From the NCBI GenBank assembly GCA_040772485.1, contig JAXGYC010000007.1, forward strand, positions 448,001 to 512,000: DNA of 64,000 bases, given 5' to 3'. The DNA is from Sedimentisphaerales bacterium (GTDB lineage: Bacteria; Planctomycetota; Phycisphaerae; Sedimentisphaerales; Anaerobacaceae). The position numbers were made by a program, and so were the translations under genes. Positions 58,215 to 64,000 of the stretch are shown piece by piece (the first letter of the stretch is position 1; the number at the start of each line of letters is the position of its first letter). The notes beneath the pieces were generated by a model that saw nothing but the letters and a program-made list of their open reading frames with translations, did no database searches and was not told where the DNA came from.

Positions 58215-58248
58215 CGAATCATCCTCCAGAACGCAGCAGTCAATTCAT

Positions 58249-59703
58249 CTAAAACGATACTTCGATGGCGAAGCCGCGCTCGCATGACCTCGTCGTCGGA
58301 AGCTCGATCCGCAATGCCTGATCCGTCTGCTCCCAGCGAATCGGCTCGCCACTGCCGAGCAGCCGCACCTTCTTCACATCCGATGGGGCATGGCCTGCCC
58401 TGCTGCCCAGCGATTGGATGGCGAGCTGGCCGTCCGCCGGCCAGACCAGGCCGCAGGCGAATACGCGGGCGTCCTTCCGCGTGAACCAGAAATCCTGGGC
58501 GGAGAAGTCAGCTCGGAAGCCTTCCTTCTCTCGCGCCGTCGTGCTCTCCATCGCCAATTCGGTCGGTCCTTCGTGCGTCACGGCCCAGCGTTTGGTGCCA
58601 TAGATCGCCTCACCGTTGACCTTCATCCATTCGCCGATCTTCGTCAGTTGATCGACGCTCTCCTGCGGAATCGTGCCGTCGGCTTTCGGCCCGACGTTCA
58701 GAAGGTAGTTGCCTCCCTTGCTGGCGATCTCCAAAATCCAGTACAACAATTCCTCGGTGGACTTCCAATCGACGTCGTAGCTCTTGAAACCCCAGGTGTT
58801 GTTCAGCGTGCCGGGCGTCTCCCAATACAGGTTTTCCCCTTCCCCCTTTCCGGGAATCTTGTTGTCGCCGGGGACCCAGAAATCGCCGAAGTTGTTGCCC
58901 ACGCGGCTGTTGATGAGACACTCGGGCTGAGCATCGTATGCCAGTCTGTAGAATTCGAAACTCATCTTCTCCGGCATGTGCCTGGGCACGTCGTACCAGA
59001 TTTCCTGCATGCCCGGAAATCGCTGGAGCAATTCGCGCATCTGCGGCTTGGCCTTGGCCTCGATGTATTCCTCGAACGACACCGGCGACGGGTCCCACAT
59101 GTTGGCCGGCCAGGACGCCCATTGGCCTGTATCCTCGGGGTGCTTCTTTCGGTACTCGGCGACGCCTGCGTCTCCCCCATCCATCCAGTCGGTGGCGTGC
59201 GAGTAATAGATGGCAAACCGTATGCCGTGACGTTGGCAAGCCCGGTACAGTTCCATCATGGGGTCGCGCCCGAACGGCGTGCTGTCCACGATGTCGTAGT
59301 CGGTAACCCTGGAATCGTACATCGCGAAGCCGTCGTGGTGTTTGGGCATCGCCACGATGTAGCGCATGCCCGCGGCCTTGGCGAGCTGGACCCATACGTC
59401 GGCATCGAATTTCACCGGGTTGAATTGCGCGCACATCTGCTTGTACTCGGCGCGGGGGATCTGCGCATGATAGAAGATCCACTCGCCCAGGCCCCCGATC
59501 TTCTGGCCCTTCCAGATCCCGGCAGGGCGCGCGTACGCGCCCCAATGCACAAACATGCCGAATTTGGCGTCGTTGAATCGCTCCAGCGCCGCCTGCTTGC
59601 TCGCGTGCATCTTCCGCCACTGGTCCGCGTACTCACCTGTCTGAGAGTAGCACACCCGCGAGAGCAGCATCACTGCCAGTGACACCCAGACCGTCGGTCG
59701 CAT
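58249..59703 (-). CDS. GH29 alpha-L-fucosidase
   Basis: AKFGMFVHWG, FNP.KFDA..W, KHHDGF, WYD, INSR, KGGNYLLNVGP and NGEAIYGT. Confidence 0.92.
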   Translation of the reverse strand: MRPTVWVSLAVMLLSRVCYSQTGEYADQWRKMHASKQAALERFNDAKFGMFVHWGAYARPAGIWKGQKIGGLGEWIFYHAQIPRAEYKQMCAQFNPVKFDADVWVQLAKAAGMRYIVAMPKHHDGFAMYDSRVTDYDIVDSTPFGRDPMMELYRACQRHGIRFAIYYSHATDWMDGGDAGVAEYRKKHPEDTGQWASWPANMWDPSPVSFEEYIEAKAKPQMRELLQRFPGMQEIWYDVPRHMPEKMSFEFYRLAYDAQPECLINSRVGNNFGDFWVPGDNKIPGKGEGENLYWETPGTLNNTWGFKSYDVDWKSTEELLYWILEIASKGGNYLLNVGPKADGTIPQESVDQLTKIGEWMKVNGEAIYGTKRWAVTHEGPTELAMESTTAREKEGFRADFSAQDFWFTRKDARVFACGLVWPADGQLAIQSLGSRAGHAPSDVKKVRLLGSGEPIRWEQTDQALRIELPTTRSCERGFAIEVSF

Positions 59704-59751
59704 ATTCGAGACTCCTGCATCAGAGAACTGAGCTCATCGATCCGTCCACCT

Positions 59752-62565
59752 TTACGGCTTGGGGACGACGGCGAGGCTGGATCGGAACTCGTACGCTCCG
59801 GCCGCCAGCTCGATTGCGGCGCAGCCGTTGTCGGTGCGCAGGTGTTTGAGGCCCTTGGTCTTCGCCAGTTCGCTGCCGCCCTCGGTGATCGTCTTGTCGT
59901 CGGCGGTCGGCAGGTACAGCGTCGCCGTCGTGTTGGGCGGAACGGTGACATTCAGCGTCAGCACGCGGTCGTCGTCGATCCGCCAGCGACTCTCGATGCG
60001 GCCGTAGAGACTGTCGTGATGCGCTTTGACCCATTTCATCGACGGATCGTCGATGAGGCCCGGCTTGAGCATGAAATGCTGAAAGCCCGGACGGTCCGGA
60101 TCGCTCTTGATGCCCGCCAGACCTTCGATGAACCACGTCCCGACGTACAGGTACGAACTGTGGCACAGCGAGTTGTCCATCCTCCATGATTCGGTGATCG
60201 CGGTGGCGCCGTTGCGGCGCATCAGGCCCCAGCTCGGGTACGTGTCCTTGTTGACCATCGGGAAGATCAGGTCCTGGCGGTCGGCGTCGAGCAGCGTCTT
60301 GAACAGGAACGCCCCGCCGGTGATGCCCGCGTGGATGTGCCCCTTGCGCACGACCAGAATCTCCTTCTCAAGCCGGTCCCAGATCGCTTGTCGCAGCTCT
60401 TTCGGAGGCAGGTCCACCAGCAGCGCGATCGCCAGGTAGCCCTGGAAGCCGTTGACGTAGCTGTTCAGTTCGGGCTTGAAGAACTTCGCGTGCACCGCGC
60501 GGCGCACCTGGTCGGCCCGCGCGCGGTACTTCGCGCCGGTGTCCTTCTCGCCGATCACGTCGGCGATCTTGGCAGCCGTCTGCAAATTGAAGATCCAGTA
60601 GCAGTTGTTGAAGAACAGCGTCTCGATCGTGTCACCGTTGACACCCTCGGCGCCGGGCCAGAGCCAGTCGCCCAGGAAGTCCCACTCGCCGCCCCATCGC
60701 ACCAGCATGTCGTCCTTGGCCTTGGTTTCGAGGAAAGCCAGCCAGCGCTCGATCGTCGGGAAATTCACCTGGCAGATGCGCGTGTCGCCGTAGCGTTCGT
60801 AGATCTCCCAGGGCAATGTCACGCAGTAACCGCTCCAGCCGGGCCCGCCCCCGCCCCAGTAGGTCGGCGCCGTGTAAGGCAGATTGCCGCTCTCGACGGT
60901 GTCCTTCGTCGCGGCCTTGGCGCCGCCGGTGCCCCAGGCACTCTCGCCGCCCTGCACGTCACGCCAGTCCTGGGCCCATTTCGTGTAGAACGCCCCGAGG
61001 CCGAAGTGGTTCAGCCCGCACTCGGTCGTCGCGTGGGCGTCGCCGCCGTAGCCCATCCGCTCGCGATGGGCGCAGTCGACGACATAGCCGCCCAGGCTCA
61101 GGTCCTCGAACGTCAGCAGCGTCGCATCGTGAACCCAGTTCAGCAGTTCGTTCGAGCACTCAAAGCTCGACGCCCGCGCGTAGTCCGTGCGCACGAGGTG
61201 CGCGCGAATGTCATCGAGCTTGGGCTTGTACTTGAGCCCTTCGATCGTCACCCACTGGCCGGTGAAGTAATTGAAGCGATTTCGGAACGTGCCTTTGCCC
61301 GACGGTCCGATGACATACCTGCTGCGCAGGCGGTGCGTCATGTCCGCCTTGGACTGCTCGGAGAATTTCATTTCGATGGTGTCGCCGGGCTCGCCTCGCA
61401 GGTCCATCTCAAACAGGCCGGTCATGTTCACGCCGAGGTCCACGCGGTACGCGCCCGGTTTGGTCTCAGTGATCGCCACGGGCCGGATCTGGCGGATGCG
61501 GCGGTTCGGCTCGACCATCTCGGCCGACAGCTTCAGCGAGGGCGAGTAGACGGACGCCGGCCTCCAGCCTGAATCGTCGAAGTCCGCGCTGCACCAGTCC
61601 GTCACTTCTTTGCGGCCGTCGTACAGCTCGCCGCCGAAGTGCATGAAGTCCCACACGCCCAACAGCGTGTTCGGGCTGGCGTGCGTCCGCCAAGTGGCGT
61701 CGGTGGCAATTCGCATCGTGTTGCCGCCGGGCAGCTCGATCTCGGCCTGCGCCAGGACAATCGGCGTCTGCGGCTTGTCGGGCGTCTTGTACTGCGGGAA
61801 GATCGACCACGAAACGCCCAGCCACAGCCCGATCACGTTCTGGCCCTCTTTGAGGTAGTCGGCGATCTCGTACGTGACATAGCGGGCCCGCTTGCGGTAG
61901 TTCACCGCGCTTGGCGCCAGCACGGTGTCATCAACCTTGCGGCCGTTGACGTACAACTCATGGTAGCCGACGGAGGCGACGTAGGCCGTTGCCCGCTCGG
62001 GCCGGGCGCTCAGCACAAAGCTCTTGCGCAGCCACGGATCGGGCACGTCGTTGTCGGGCGGCGGCCAGCCCTGTTTGCGCTCGAAGGTCTTGTCGGCGCC
62101 GATCCACTGCGCGTGCCAGTCGCCCTGCGCCAGCAATCCCATCGTCCATCGGGCCGGCTCGCTCCACGACGAGACGGCGCCGCTTTCGTCCTTGACGCGA
62201 ACCTTCCAGAAACACGCCATGCCCGAGGCCAGAGGCTTTCCACCGTACACCACGTGAGCCGATTGATCGGAGGCAATCATGCCGCTGTCCCACAGATCGC
62301 CTCTGTCCTGGTCGAGCAGGGCCTTCGTCGAGGCCACCAGCACGCGATAGCCGCTCTGCCGCTGGCCGCGTGCCTTCGCATCCGTGGCTGTCAGTTGCCA
62401 GCTCAATCGCGGCTGTGTCACGTCGATGCCCAATGGGTCGTGCAGATACTCGCACCGCAGCGCCGCCGGCGTCACGGAGCATGCACGCTGGCCCGCAAGA
62501 ACACCGGCGGGCGGCAGTAGAACAATGAGAACGAGAAAGAATGCCACGTGTGTCGATGTCTTCAT
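59752..62565 (-). CDS. GH78 alpha-L-rhamnosidase
   Basis: LRCEY..DPLGID..QPRLSW, WDSG, LRKSF, GGE.YD, DCAHRERMGYGGD, S.CH and S.YGRIESRW. Confidence 0.88.
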   Translation of the reverse strand: MKTSTHVAFFLVLIVLLPPAGVLAGQRACSVTPAALRCEYLHDPLGIDVTQPRLSWQLTATDAKARGQRQSGYRVLVASTKALLDQDRGDLWDSGMIASDQSAHVVYGGKPLASGMACFWKVRVKDESGAVSSWSEPARWTMGLLAQGDWHAQWIGADKTFERKQGWPPPDNDVPDPWLRKSFVLSARPERATAYVASVGYHELYVNGRKVDDTVLAPSAVNYRKRARYVTYEIADYLKEGQNVIGLWLGVSWSIFPQYKTPDKPQTPIVLAQAEIELPGGNTMRIATDATWRTHASPNTLLGVWDFMHFGGELYDGRKEVTDWCSADFDDSGWRPASVYSPSLKLSAEMVEPNRRIRQIRPVAITETKPGAYRVDLGVNMTGLFEMDLRGEPGDTIEMKFSEQSKADMTHRLRSRYVIGPSGKGTFRNRFNYFTGQWVTIEGLKYKPKLDDIRAHLVRTDYARASSFECSNELLNWVHDATLLTFEDLSLGGYVVDCAHRERMGYGGDAHATTECGLNHFGLGAFYTKWAQDWRDVQGGESAWGTGGAKAATKDTVESGNLPYTAPTYWGGGGPGWSGYCVTLPWEIYERYGDTRICQVNFPTIERWLAFLETKAKDDMLVRWGGEWDFLGDWLWPGAEGVNGDTIETLFFNNCYWIFNLQTAAKIADVIGEKDTGAKYRARADQVRRAVHAKFFKPELNSYVNGFQGYLAIALLVDLPPKELRQAIWDRLEKEILVVRKGHIHAGITGGAFLFKTLLDADRQDLIFPMVNKDTYPSWGLMRRNGATAITESWRMDNSLCHSSYLYVGTWFIEGLAGIKSDPDRPGFQHFMLKPGLIDDPSMKWVKAHHDSLYGRIESRWRIDDDRVLTLNVTVPPNTTATLYLPTADDKTITEGGSELAKTKGLKHLRTDNGCAAIELAAGAYEFRSSLAVVPKP

Positions 62566-62702
62566 GTCGGCCTCCTGAGCGATCCCGGTTCGGCGAATCC
62601 ACAGCGGACGGACGCTATCCATTTGCACTATCCGCGTTCCGATTATACGGCGACCGACAGTGTCCCACCACGGAAAAGTACCGTCCGCGCCGCCGGCAGG
62701 AG

Positions 62703-62867
62703 TCACTGCCCGCCGGCGGGCGCCTCACCGGCATTCGGTCCGTCGTCGCCTTCGGCATGGCGATCCACATGCCAGACCGCCGCCACCAGCGCCACCGCCA
62801 CCCACACGCCGCTGAGGATGACCAGCCCGGCCGCAACGATCACCAGCATCAACAGACCGACCATCAT
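62703..62867 (-). CDS. Small single-TM membrane protein (54 aa) coupled to the SSS gene
   Basis: ATGA overlap with the SSS stop codon; GGAGG upstream; hydrophobic N-terminal half. Confidence 0.55.
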   Translation of the reverse strand: MMVGLLMLVIVAAGLVILSGVWVAVALVAAVWHVDRHAEGDDGPNAGEAPAGGQ

Positions 62868-64000
62868 CGGTTGGCCCTCCGAAGAAGACCTTGGGCGAAG
62901 TGGCCCACGGCATAGGCCGCCAGCGAACAGACCAACGCCGGAAGGATCGACCCCACCTCGGTCTTGACGAAGGTCTCCAGTTGAAGCAGGATGGCCACCA
63001 CCGTGCCCACCGTCATGGACAGAATCCCCGCCAGAGGACGCGGACGGCGGATCCACAGACCGAGGAACAGGGCCGGCAGAATCGCGGGCGCCCAGATGTT
63101 GTAGCAGACCAGCAGCCCCTTGATCACGCTCGGAACGAACAGGGCCATCCCGGCCGCAATCGTCGCAATCATCACGGTGGAGTATCGTCCCGCGAGCAGC
63201 GCCGCGCTGTCCTGGCGGACGGTGAACCGCCGAAGGATGTCCTGTGTGAACACCACCGCTCCGGCGTTCAGCAGAGAATCGAGGCTGGATAGAACGACGG
63301 ACACCAGCGACACCAGCAACAAAGCGTACGCCGCATGAGGCATCGTCGCTTTGACCAAGGTCAATAGCACGTAGTCCTCGCCCGTATCGGCGGGGATCAC
63401 CGTCCGCGCGACGACGCCGAGGGAGATCATCACCGCAAACCACAGCGCGCTGAAGACGCCGGCAAAAACGAAACCGTTGCGAGAGACCACTGTGGTCCTG
63501 GACGCCAGCGCGAGGTTCGCGTACGGCGGGATCAGCGTCTCGCCCAGGAGAAAAGCGGTGACGAAACCGACGATCTCCAACGGCGGCGTCGCCTGCAGAC
63601 CATGCGAGGTCGCGTCCATCGCCTGCTGCCAGAACGCTGCGGCGCCGCCCTGAAAATGGAACAGCAGTTCGTAGAGCAGCACGCCCGGCAGCAGCAGCGC
63701 GAACAGCGCGAAGTGATATGCGTCGGTGATCACGCTCGCCCGCAGGCCCCCGAAGGCGGTATACGAGGCCGTCAAGATGGCCACGACCGCCACGGAGAAC
63801 CGCGGCGGCAGACCGAAAACATCGTTCAGGACCACGGCCCCGGCGCTGATCATCACCGCCGAGAACAGCGTGCACAGAAGCACGGAGATGAGCCCGGCGA
63901 GAATCTGACATCGCGGTCCGTATTTCTGTCCGATCGCGTCGCCCAGGGTGTAGCAGTCCTTCAGTTCCCGCAGTTTCGGGGCGATCAGCAGACCGACCAG
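62864..64000 (-). CDS. Sodium:solute symporter family protein (5' end outside the window)
   Basis: YTAFGGLRASVITD, LSSLDSLL and many TMs; the frame continues to the window edge. Confidence 0.82.
   Translation of the reverse strand: MVGLLIAPKLRELKDCYTLGDAIGQKYGPRCQILAGLISVLLCTLFSAVMISAGAVVLNDVFGLPPRFSVAVVAILTASYTAFGGLRASVITDAYHFALFALLLPGVLLYELLFHFQGGAAAFWQQAMDATSHGLQATPPLEIVGFVTAFLLGETLIPPYANLALASRTTVVSRNGFVFAGVFSALWFAVMISLGVVARTVIPADTGEDYVLLTLVKATMPHAAYALLLVSLVSVVLSSLDSLLNAGAVVFTQDILRRFTVRQDSAALLAGRYSTVMIATIAAGMALFVPSVIKGLLVCYNIWAPAILPALFLGLWIRRPRPLAGILSMTVGTVVAILLQLETFVKTEVGSILPALVCSLAAYAVGHFAQGLLRRANR

Overview
GC-rich bacterial chromosome segment. Gene content (Tat-exported Gfo/Idh/MocA oxidoreductases, H-X9-DG/prepilin-like proteins, an ECF sigma factor with a membrane-anchored extension, dockerin-like modules, many CAZymes) suggests a planctomycete, probably Phycisphaerae/Sedimentisphaerales; this is inference only. 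Housekeeping genes: mnmA, lpxI, rfbA-rfbD-rfbB, tRNA-Lys(UUU), a short rho, hemW, lepA. Also present: a MazEF-type toxin-antitoxin pair, proteases (HtrA-like, S8), and a carbohydrate-use block (GH97, GH10, Kelch-SSS transporter plus nanA, GH29, GH78, CE15-SGNH). No integrase, transposase, CRISPR array or rRNA was seen. The strongest candidate for an undescribed system is at 18.4-29.0 kb. A secreted GEVED-domain protein ends in 24 Cys spaced exactly every 7 residues (C-P-x-x-x-T-x). It is followed by two translationally coupled paralogous membrane proteins, each with an apparently Cys-less exosortase-like membrane region and two GATase-like (DUF4350/GldG-like) domains, and then by an extended ECF sigma factor. 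All calls come from reading motifs by eye; no database searches were run.
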